A stretch of 20,000 nt of DNA from Catajapyx aquilonaris. Lineage: Eukaryota. The position numbers were made by a program, and so were the translations under genes. Numbering within the stretch: the first letter of the stretch is position 1; each line of letters begins with the position of its first letter. Below are positions 10,707 to 20,000 of the stretch, piece by piece. The notes beneath the pieces are model-generated. The model was given only the letters and a program-made list of their open reading frames with translations. It was not told the origin of the DNA and did no database searches. The stretch lies in assembly GCA_000934665.2 (NCBI GenBank), contig KZ538057.1, forward strand, positions 170,062 to 190,061, in the 5' to 3' direction.

Positions 10707-10745
10707 ATGATGGTTATTATTATTAATAATAATATTAATATTATA
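10664..10745. repeat. Compound microsatellite (GCT)11(GAT)5 followed by a (TTA)/(AAT) tract
   Basis: Direct read of the sequence. Confidence 0.95.
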
Positions 10746-11318
10746 GCAATATTTTGACTGGTTGAGAAATCGACCAATATGGTATCGATAACGCTTTTTC
10801 GATTTGTAATTTTTATTTTCCATATACCGGCCGATGCGTGTAGGCCTGATCGTGTAAAATGGCTGTCGATCAGTGTAATGTGATGTACTTGTATGAGCGT
10901 GTGTTAATTTAACGAACTACAGATGTGCTAATCAAGAATTGGTCCATAAGTTATCACGCGCATTTGTGCACACATGCCTTCTAATTAGGTAATTATACGA
11001 TAACTTTAGTAATTACCTTCCATAATTTACCTTGTGTGATTTTGAAAGTTACGTTCCCGATAAAGTGATTTTGGACAATTTCAGGCAAAGATGAACCGTC
11101 GTTATTAGAATTAAAATTGGTCCAGTAAGTACCTGGCTGAAAGTGCAAATGGATAGTTTGCTGATTTTTTTATTAGTTACAAACAAATAAGCAGTTCCAT
11201 TGTGTCTGCAATGACGCTTTTATGTATATTGCATTTATCCACCCACGTCCTGTCCTCTCCTGTTTATGGTAACAAATGAAGATGCCCAAAATAGCCATTC
11301 GGCTGATTGACGCGGTTG

Positions 11319-11324
11319 TTTATT
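11319..11324 (-). terminator. Candidate polyadenylation signal AATAAA of the JHBP-like gene
   Basis: TTTATT on the plus strand about 20 nt downstream of the stop codon; a second copy lies at 11169-11174. Confidence 0.5.
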
Positions 11325-11343
11325 GCCGCTTGTCGTGACGCAT

Positions 11344-11547
11344 TTAGCCGAAGAGTCCCAAAATAGCCAGGAGTCGTTCGTAGGTGACCAGTTGCAAATG
11401 CTGGTTGACAATGGCATTGATAGCTGGCAATATATTTGGCATAACGAGGGGCTCGAGTTTTCGGCTGAGCGTGGGTACCAGGTTGCTTATCAGCTTGTTG
11501 ATCTGCTTGGTTAGATCTGGATTGGGCATCAGGCCTTCGAAGTCAAC
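11344..11547 (-). CDS. JHBP/takeout-like terminal exon 5 (VDFEGLMPNPDL...LGLFG*)
   Basis: Acceptor TTTGACAG at 11548; TAA ends at 11344. Confidence 0.88.
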   Translation of the reverse strand, partial: VDFEGLMPNPDLTKQINKLISNLVPTLSRKLEPLVMPNILPAINAIVNQHLQLVTYERLLAILGLFG

Positions 11548-13355
11548 CTGTCAAATGTAAAATACCTCGCTATAGAATGTGGACGCTTGGATTGTTCGAG
11601 TGACTTACATCGCAGGTCTCCAGTTCAATCTGAAGATCTAAGTTTGATATCACGGCGTGGTCGTTTGTGTTGTCCATGTTGAGCGAACCGTTGGCTGTTA
11701 TGTTGTTTATCACAATCCTGCAATAAAACGTGGAATGTACAGTACGGTACATTAACATTTTCTGTATAATAATATACTGACTTAAAATCACCCTCTCCGT
11801 GAACTGGGATGATGTTTCCCACCAGACCGTCGATTTTGTAGTGACCAGTAGTAGTCACCTGGGGCATGACCTGGACGAAGGTAGTCTTCATCCTGTCCAT
11901 CATGTCTATGGTCATGTCACTGAAGCAGAAATTTGTCAGACCAGTCACAAGTACATCTCGCACCTCTGCCTTGATGTTCAGCATCTTTTCATTCAGCCTG
12001 AGAGCTATATGATGGACTGTGAGTGGTTCTATACCCGGCATTTTCAGTTCAGGGATTCCCACACTTAGGTTGGGCTTCAGGGCGTAGATATGCTGGGCAA
12101 CAATGTTGCCCATAAGATCTGAAACAAACCATTTCGTTATGATCTACATGCTGGTGCTAAATCTGTAACTAAAAACAGCACAATCTTACCTGACACATCC
12201 GGACATGGATCCTGACGGAATTGTACCGGTCCTGTGAAAAACACAAGTGAGTGTCATCATAAACGCTGCATACAAATCACACTGTTTATCCAACAATAGG
12301 GTGTCTAAATGCAATAACTCATGTTTTAGAAACCTTCCCTCCCACCCCCGGCCAAAAGTCTTCTTTCCCATGCAGCAGTCCGGGCTCTTCAGGTCGGTAT
12401 TCCAACCGCTTTCCCAACTGCGCACCGTAATGAAATCTCCCTAAGAGAAAACGGATTATAGATGTCTCTGAGGAATTAGTAGGCTAACCACCGCCCCATT
12501 TCTGCCAATTTATTTCCCTTCCTTCCCTCTCTATAGGCGGAACAATCGCATTGCAACGAGCTACTCCTTCTGCCCCTAGCTCCATTCTCTCTCTCTCGAT
12601 CCTCTTTCAAGCTACTGATATGTTATCTTCATATCAAACTGCGTGCTCGTACATTGTGCGAACGTCATTAGCGGAATGCTTATTGAAATTCAACGTGGCC
12701 CTAGGACTACCTGGTCTGGTAATTGTTTAGTCGCATTGTCCGAAGTTAGAGCCGCTCTAATGAGGCTGTACCCCCCCTCTCAAACGTTTTGAGCTAGTTT
12801 TGGCTACTCAAATTAGAGTGTACAGTTTCAAGCTTTTCAAGCATAATGGTGTATTGAAATTAATTAGTTGTAAAAAAAATTGGCTTTTTGTTGGCTGGGT
12901 TTTTGATGTGGACTTGGACCTGGTCTTATCGCGGTATGAACTGATGCGCACACACGGCTAGTACAGTAAGGAAAAGGGAATTCTCATCAGTTCCATCCGA
13001 CTGCACGGCAACGAATTTATCAATAGAGAGTATTAGAATAGACCGCTGTTGTAATCTGGTTACTACCGCATGTCATACAGAAAATGAGCGGAACAGAGCG
13101 CCTTTTCAGGTTCGGGAGATAGAAAAAAAAAACCTGGCAGCCCCCCNCCCCCCTGCACATCTGATTTAATTGAACCGAGCTGGGAGTGCAGAAGAGTATC
13201 AATTGAACCGCGCCCAATTATTTCCAGATGAGCCGGGGTGGAAAAAGCGGAGAGTTTTAATTGGGAAGCCATGACGACGATGAAAGAGTGCAACGTCACA
13301 TACCTCCGGATACGACGCCGACGACGACTGCAACGAACAACCAAAACTGCTGCAT
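11344..13355 (-). CDS. Takeout/haemolymph juvenile hormone-binding protein (JHBP) family secreted lipid-binding protein, spliced gene: join(13355..13304,12231..12190,12118..11782,11717..11609,11547..11344), 247 aa
   Basis: GT-AG introns with consistent phases (1,1,2,0) give 744 nt. Signal peptide MQQFWLFVAVVVGVVSG. Family-typical segments: LKPNLSVGIPELKMPGIEPL, V.V.GL.NF, GHYKIDG..GNIIPVHGEGDF, VDFEGL....DLTKQINKLI, followed by a long C-terminal amphipathic helix. The length is typical of the family. Confidence 0.85.
11609..11717 (-). CDS. JHBP/takeout-like exon 4 (KIVINNITANG...IELETCD)
   Basis: Acceptor TTTTATTGCAG at 11718 and donor GAT|GTAAGT at 11609/11608. Confidence 0.87.
11782..12118 (-). 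CDS. JHBP/takeout-like exon 3
   Basis: Acceptor TTGTTTCAG at 12119 and donor AA|GTCAGT at 11782/11781; ORF 11625..12113. Confidence 0.88.
12190..12231 (-). CDS. JHBP/takeout-like 42-bp exon 2 (GPVQFRQDPCPDVS)
   Basis: Acceptor TTTTTCACAG at 12232 and donor CAG|GTAAGA at 12190/12189; symmetric phase 1-1 and open. Confidence 0.82.
13304..13355 (-). CDS. JHBP/takeout-like coding exon 1 (signal peptide MQQFWLFVAVVVGVVSG)
   Basis: ATG at 13355 and donor GAG|GTATGT at 13304/13303 (phase 1). An acceptor TTTCTAG at 13377 implies a further upstream exon. Confidence 0.78.
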
Positions 13356-16300
13356 CCTGCTGTTGAAAGGTACGATCTAGAAACTGAAGGTGATTTATAG
13401 TAAGACGCAATTCAAGTGACCCCTAGATTACACTTGTATCATATCACTAGGTCCACTCTTGGTACGACAAACACTACGTAACCTAGACCTGTATCTGATC
13501 TGATTGTATGCGCTTGACCTGCACCTGTTTTTTGTTGTTTTTTTTGCAAAAAAAAACACCCTATCCGCACCCACCGTTTTGGTCAAATTGAGGCAAAATC
13601 GGTTTTTAATTCGTCCTGCACGCCTACAATTTCCAGCACGCGAATCCTGGGTTCTTTTTTTTGTTGTTGTTGTTGTTTAGATGAATCGAAAGTTATGCGG
13701 GTGGACAAAGCAAACAGGTAACTTGTCCTGGGAGTCGGGTCGAGCCCAGGACATAAAAGAGTATTTATTTGTTGTCGCTGATTGTCGCCAGGAAGTTGAC
13801 GCAATTAGGCTAACGGCTGAATAGCATGAGCGGATAGCATTTCAAGTCAGTGTAATTTTTGCGTACAAAATGAGCCTGCCATTTTCAGTATGATGGCAAA
13901 TTCCGGATGATGCAAACAAGCAGCAGGGAATCAATGATAATTTAATCACTAATTTTAAACTAAAATTCAACCTGAGCTCTGTATAATTTCTGAGGCCGGG
14001 GCTATACATAAATTATTTTGAAAGCAGATCATATATTTTTCATCTATCGTATATAGTTACTTCTGACATTATCTGAAAATTTCATTCGTACAGTGCCGCA
14101 TTGTCTACAACTATTTACGAGCCAAAATTAGAAGAACACGATCGATTACAATGGCCACCATTTTCACACGTGCTATTATTACGTGCTCGGAAATGAAACA
14201 ACGCCAAAAGTTGGTATGTGAGGGTAGAGGGGGTTGGAGGATTTTTGTGGGGGGTAGAAGTTGAGGATGATGGACGAGGCCGACGAAAGCCGTCCTGCTA
14301 CATACTGCTGCTTTATCTTATCTCGCTGGTAGATTATGAAGCTCACGGGATTAATGAAGAGTGAATGTTGGACGCAAAAATCGTTACAGGGCAACTAAAA
14401 GAGGGCGCCTTTTCTATTTAGGGCAGGAGTGCAGAAAAGTGTTAAAAATTAATTAGAGCCCCCCCCCCCCCTTTTTCCTCCCTCTCTTATATTCTACCCA
14501 ACCCGTAGAAACTGAATGCCCTTTATGACTATAGGGAAATATTTTTTTTATAGAACATGGCCATCAGACTAATGTGGGTTATCGGAGAGTTGCAAAATAT
14601 GGAGTGCTTGCCACTCTTGGCGTTCATTTGCGTCCGGATTCCGGACCGCGCATCGATTCCCATACAAATTTCAGGGTGGGCACAAAATTTTTTGTGTGTG
14701 TTTCCAACCCAGAACAATCCGCAACTGAGCGTGGGATTTTCATTTTTCGGTTTTTATTTCCTGTGGGAGGAGAACAGTGTATCTATGAATAGTACAGGTG
14801 AGGGGGAGGGAGGGGGTGGAATGTTTCCAATCGAGTACATTTACATGCGAGCGGTTCGGTTTTCTTTGAAACAGGTTGCATGCTTACGTCACATTTTAAT
14901 GCGGTATAGATTTCTCATGCACGAGATATGGAAAATTAATGTGGCTAGAAGGGAGGTGGTCTGAAAGTGACCACAGACCGGTGCCTTTGAAGGGGGGGGA
15001 TCCTCTTAATTGTCACCCCCTCTCCGTGTCATAGAGATTGTCAAAACAAGGCACGTGACCTGGGTGACCCCGCCCACGCCCTGCAGTGTATATATGTATG
15101 CAGACTGCGACATATCCCATTTTGCCTGAATGCGCAAGCCAACCGAAGCGAACCAATAAACTGCTGTGCTGACCGATATCATCCCAGGCGATAGATAATC
15201 GTTAGATAAGACCTGCAGATGTGGCCTTAAGTGGTAGGAAAGGTCGCCATGGCATTTCGTTCGCCCTACATGGAAAGCACACACTACTGGGTTAGTTATC
15301 ATGACCTCCGGAGTAGTGGCCTTGCACTATCCTATGCACCACTCCGGAGTATATGTCGCAGGTGAACTAGTGGATGCCAACCTGCAGGAATTTTTAAAGA
15401 ATGTTTATGGAAGAAATGGGCCGGACTGTGGAATTTCACATGTGCCTTTAAATGTTTCTGGGACACTACACTTTTAGTTAATTTTTAAGAAAATTAATTG
15501 GAAAAATTGAGCATATTCATATAGTAAAAAGGTGACAATTTCCGCTTATTTTCTACTGAAATGTAAGAGGAAATTGTATTGTATTTTATGTGGAAACTGC
15601 TACTGGTTCTAAATAAGTGAAAGAATATTCTCAATTTTTCCTACAAGTACATATTATTTTCAATTTATTGGCATAAGTATATGTAAGTACTGTATACCTG
15701 AGTGGAAAGCAAAATTAGTGGGGGAATTCTTTTGCCTATATATTCCACATTATTTTCCTATACTGAAATGAGAGGAAGAATATGTCCATTTCCCACTTTT
15801 TAACTTGTAATAAGAAGAAACGTGTACCGCATCGTTCTTTAGCTTTAAAATTGCTTAAATTTCATGCTAATATTCCGGACGGCGCAACCTGTTACCGCCA
15901 ATTTTTCAGGCCAATATTCGCGACATCCTGGTTCATATTCGATCACACGTTGTGCGCTCCATGCACTTTGTACCCCACAAATTATGCAACGTTAACCTTC
16001 ATGGCCTACACTCTGGCAGCGACTGCACTTTTCATTATCACAGCATTTCATGGCCATCCCGTCGACGGAAGCCGGAACCCGGCCATACATTTCTTATTAG
16101 ATAGCCTGAGTCGTTGACATGCATAGTGCAGGACGTATTACAGTCACCAGCGATAGTGCATCTCGGATCGAGTGGGGTCTATTTGTGCTCCTAGTTTGTT
16201 ATAGCAGTTCCCCGCAATTTCTCCTTTATTTGTGGGCCTCAAGTGACTGTTCCGCCGAATGATGCTGCACCGAATTTCATCTTTTACGTACTAAGTACAG

Positions 16301-16967
16301 ACGCATCCATCGTGATATCTGAAGGTATTTGTTATGTTCAACATCTGCGTATATATTATTCGTATATGATTTCAAGTGTTAATCGCATAACAACCAGACT
16401 TTGAGAAAGTGAATTCACCTCAGACATTTCTTTTCTCTCCAAGAAATAACAAGGTCTGAAAGTGCATATTCGGCCAAACGCGGTTCGACGAAGCGGGGGG
16501 AAGACACCCTGAGAAACTACAGCAGAAGAAAAACTCGGTCACGAAAAATCCTCTAGGTGCATTCAACCTCCATCCCCCATCCCCACCCATTTTTTTTTCT
16601 CTCTCTCTCTCCCTTCCCTTCTTATAGCCTCCCCACGTCCTACCCACCAATTTACGACCGACTGGCTGTGATAGTAGCGTAAAACTGGCGTCGGCGCCGT
16701 CGCTGGAAAGCAGAGATTCTCAGATTGCGACGACGCTAGCTACTCCAGAAGTTTCTTTCCCCCCTCTCTCCATCCACCCTATCCCCCCCGATTTCTACAC
16801 CAAGCACCTTCCTTCCCCCTGACCACCCCAAGGACAGGTCGCCTAAATGCAGCTGCACCTATTCCCTGGGGACTCCATACGGCTGACCCCAACTGACCGA
16901 CATCCGACCTTCACGTCAAAGTCTCCCCCACTCCACCTCATCACACTATCTCATTATTTTAGTGGGA

Positions 16968-17012
16968 NNNNNNNNNNNNNNNNNNNNNNGGGGGGGGGGG
17001 GGGGGGGGGGGG
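16968..17012. other. Assembly gap (22 N) abutting a poly-G run of about 23 nt
   Basis: N at 16968-16989 and G at 16990-17012. Single Ns also fall in G/C homopolymers near 8683 and 13147. Confidence 0.97.
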
Positions 17013-17606
17013 ACCTACCTTGACTTTAATCATGCGGGTGGAGCTGCGCAACTTGGCAAATTCCATCGCCTGATTGGGACTATTTTTGGGCTGATTTTGC
17101 CTGTAGGCTGAGTGTCTTGCAGTGTTGCAGGTCATTTTTGGTGGGGGTTCGAAACACGAGGTTCGAAGTAGGTGTCGGAATAAAATACAGGCCAGTTCAG
17201 GTCTTGGTACCTGTGAAACGGCTTCCAGACAGTAATACTCGAGCCGAAGTACTGATGGTTGCATAACTGTAGGATACGTTTGCCCGAATAAGCATTGAGT
17301 GCTTGATGATCATAAAATAAATATTTGGTAATAACCTTGTAATTATAGGACATTTGTTTGTTTACTTATTTATGAGAACTTGACAGGTAAAATGCAATGA
17401 ACTGGGTGACTGATGGGTCAATTAACATTTAGCGTCACATTTGGGGGCTGAATTTTCTGCATATTGCAGCGGCAGTAATGTAATGCACTGTTTCCGCGTA
17501 ATTATAATTGAGATGGGTTCAATTGATTTGTATTCATATAATATGATTTTGCTTTGTACCTGTATGATTGTGTATGGGAGTGAACCGTACATTACAATTT
17601 GCAGTG

Positions 17607-17607
17607 C

Positions 17608-17666
<59 letters not shown>

Positions 17667-17942
17667 TCATACCCCGTTATCAGCCGGCGGCTCTATAGGG
17701 GGAATTTATTTTTTTGTTTTGACTGGAACTCTTTGCTTTTATTTTATTTGCTTTTTGGGATAGGATAGGGACGGAAGGAAGCGGCTGTGGCATGTTTTTA
17801 CGGAAACGACCCCGGAATTATCCTGGGAGGACCGTGGAAAACCACAGAAAACCACGTTCAGGGTCGCCGGCCCCGGGATTCGAACCCAGGACCTCCCGAT
17901 TAGCAGGCGGACTCCATATCCACTACACCAATCTGCTTCGGT
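17607..17942 (-). mobile_element. Full-length tRNA-derived SINE with (ATT)n tail and target-site duplication
   Basis: Pol III A box TGGTGTAGTGG (17930-17920) and B box GGTTCGAATCC (17886-17876). The 3' tail is (ATT)19. Flanking direct repeat TTACAATTTGCAGTG at 17592-17606 and 17943-17957. Confidence 0.9.
17610..17666. repeat. (AAT)19 microsatellite (the SINE tail)
   Basis: Direct read of the sequence. Confidence 0.97.
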
Positions 17943-19367
17943 TTACAATTTGCAGTGTATAGCTGTGACCAAAATCGGTGGGCTCGTCAATAACTCTGCT
18001 GCAGAACCTCAACAATAAACATATTGTGTAGGTCAGTGTTTAGCCATTAATTTAAGTTACGCTATATAGTTTTGCAGTGATTTGTTACTTGCAACCAATC
18101 CTTCATCACTTTCGGCATTTGCGGGGGGGATAAATGACGTTGCAACCATAATTTAGGCCAACCAAAGGTCACTGGCCATCCGTGCCTTCATGGGTGGAAT
18201 GTGTGTCCGAAACTTCATATGGGTCAGCCACTTTTTGTATGGCTGTCATTCATTACCCAGCTGCCAGACATTCTGAAAATTAATACCGCGGGTTATTATT
18301 TCGCGTGGCATGGACATCATGAACCTGCCTTCACTTTTTAACAGTTGTAAATCAAGTGCAAAAATGTGTGGGGGTGACGTTTCCTGTACAAGTGCATGGA
18401 CAGACCATTGAGGCTATAATGTCCATTGTAATTAGTAGACTGCAGACATTTACATCAAAAGCGTCAGGCTTATTTATGGACCAACCATATCGCATTTAGA
18501 TTTGCGAGTCTAGAATGGCACATATAGGCAGTAAAGCTCAGGTACTGTACATGTGATATTACCTACATTTTCCTACTTACACTTCATGTAATGTTACTTC
18601 ATGGTGCCATGTAATACATGCGTAAATATAGTGTCTCAATATTTTTATTGTAATTTAGTATTTTGCTTTGGATCCGTTCCTTGTTTAACATAACCAACTT
18701 TTTTCCGCTGGAAAGTACGCTGTGTCCCTGGCGTCAAAAAAGTTGGGAATATTATCTTGTCTAGAACTTTTTGCCAGCCAACTTACTTCTGCTTATTATT
18801 AAGTTAGGTGGAACTGTCATCTTCCAAATTGCACGTTTAGGCAGAGAAGGATCAATAATTAGTTTCAAAAGTTTCTGTGGATATACCTGACAACTTTAGT
18901 GGTACATTTATGTTGACCCGAATGTCCAACATTTGACTTGGAAATTATTGTACTTTTGTTTGACTCGGAGTTTTGTGCCATAAATTATCCGCATATTTCC
19001 TATATGCTTGTTGTCAATCCGATTCGCTATAATTTTTCTTCGTAGACTGTTATGGTTTTTAAAACAAGTTACGTTTGATTCATGTTGTTTATGTTTTGTG
19101 GCTTGCTGGTTCGTGACTTTGTGGAACATGAACAGCGCTTTATTAATTTTATAACCTGCGTGTGAGATACCCGATGAAAAGGTCCTAGATTATTTTGAGA
19201 TCCTAGGCCATAATTGATGTATGCCTCCATATAGTTTATTAAAATATCGATTTGGCTTATTACTTTGCTAACGCGAGCATGATTTGGCGACATATCCAAA
19301 CCACTACCCATTTTTTAAATGGCACTACGTTTGAACAGTTTTCCAGGTATATGTGATAAGTGATAAC

Positions 19368-19633
19368 CAGGGATGGAAAAATTACCGCTTCCTTTCCCAT
19401 CAGAACCGCTTCTTACGCTTCCGCTACCGACTACCGCTTCGCAAATGTGGAAGCGCTTAAATACCACTACCGCTTTCAGATGGAAAAAAGAACCGCTTCC
19501 TGAGAAGCGCTTCTGTGTAGGGATGGAAAAAGAAGCGCTTCCTGAGAAGCGCTTCTGTGTAGGGATGGAAAAAAGAACCGCTTCCTTCGAAGGAATGAGA
19601 GGATCTTGGAAGCTAGCCAGCCAATCAGGTGGG
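19368..19633 (+). mobile_element. hAT-like (Ac-type terminus) non-autonomous DNA transposon left end
   Basis: Begins CAGGGATGGAAAA (compare maize Ac TIR CAGGGATGAAA), followed by dense subterminal ACCGCT/CGCTT motifs. The other end is not in the window. Confidence 0.55.
19479..19586. repeat. 42-43 bp tandem repeat, about 2.5 copies
   Basis: Unit GATGGAAAAA(A)GAA(C/G)CGCTTCCTGAGAAGCGCTTCTGTGTAGG starts at 19479, 19522 and 19564 (partial). Confidence 0.93.
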
Positions 19634-20000
19634 TAGGGCTGTGCGATATTTCGATATATCGACTGTCGATACGATATTTTCCTAATATCGAAGTTGCGAT
19701 ATCCGACGCTTGGCATGTTCGATGTATCGAATATCGCGATTTTTCGATGTCGGTTCGATGTCGGTTTTCGATCTTTTTCGATGTCGGTTCGATTCGGTTT
19801 TCGATATTTTTCGATGTCGGTTTTTCGATTTTCGATATATCGACTTCGATTCGATATTTTTCGATGTCGATTCGATTCGGTTTTCGAACTTTTTCGATGT
19901 CGGTTTTCGATGTCGGTTTTCGATGTCGGTTATTCGATTTTCGATATATCGACTTCGATTCGATATTTTTTAAGTATCGAAAGTAGATATGTAATTTCGG
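19634..20000 (+). mobile_element. Second hAT-like/MITE end with a TCGA-rich subterminal tandem array (truncated by the window edge)
   Basis: Begins TAGGGCTGTGCGATA, then dozens of TCGAT / TTTTCGATGTCGG units, with a higher-order repeat TTCGATTTTCGATATATCGACTTCGATTCGATATTTTT near 19824 and 19933. Confidence 0.62.

Noticed and set aside
11285..11369. 13-bp direct repeat CCCAAAATAGCCA spanning the JHBP-like stop codon
   Set aside because: One copy is within apparently intact coding sequence, so a TSD is implausible; chance or an old micro-duplication.
1283..13355. Functional link or operon between the co-oriented JHBP-like and PGGHG-like genes
   Set aside because: They are about 4 kb apart, the JHBP-like gene has its own AATAAA, and adjacency alone is not evidence in a eukaryote.
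15306..15349. Small hairpin CTCCGGAGTAGTG...CACCACTCCGGAG; similar short inverted repeats near 16700-16740 and 18694-18745
   Set aside because: Stems are only 10-13 bp with no supporting context; too short to assign a function.
17422..17768. Poly-Tyr and poly-Asn ORFs
   Set aside because: Translations of the (AAT)19 SINE tail.
17860..17942. Possible tRNA gene
   Set aside because: A and B boxes are present, but there is no convincing acceptor or anticodon stem and the sequence continues into a SINE body with tail and TSD.
19315..19716. ORFs with repeated peptides (133 aa minus strand, 87 aa plus strand)
   Set aside because: By-products of the 42-bp tandem repeat.
19606..19986. ORFs of 126 and 87 aa, and a CRISPR-like appearance of the terminal repeats
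   Set aside because: These are low-complexity translations of the TCGA array. There are no unique spacers and no cas genes, and the context is eukaryotic.

Overview
Eukaryotic, most likely arthropod, genomic DNA with short 55-90 bp GT-AG introns; it is not prokaryotic. Two intact minus-strand spliced genes can be reconstructed by hand. (1) An 8-exon glycoside hydrolase family 65 gene, PGGHG/ATHL1-like: CDS 7238->1283, 2292 nt, 763 aa, with an N-terminal hydrophobic leader. (2) A 5-coding-exon takeout/haemolymph juvenile-hormone-binding-protein (JHBP) family gene: CDS 13355->11344, 744 nt, 247 aa, with a signal peptide. The rest is intronic or intergenic and carries mobile-element traces: a full-length tRNA-derived SINE with an (ATT)n tail and target-site duplication (17607-17942), a 51-bp 5'-truncated retroposon end with TSD (9360-9410), two apparently nested hAT-like element ends (19368-20000), several MITE-like inverted repeats, microsatellites and a 22-N gap. 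I see no convincing novel multi-gene system. The best leads are a sharp CpG-content switch inside the GH65 gene, candidate extra exons of the JHBP gene, the secretory-type leader on the PGGHG-like enzyme and a hairpin filling most of one intron. All exon structures and counts were derived by eye and need RNA-seq or alignment confirmation.
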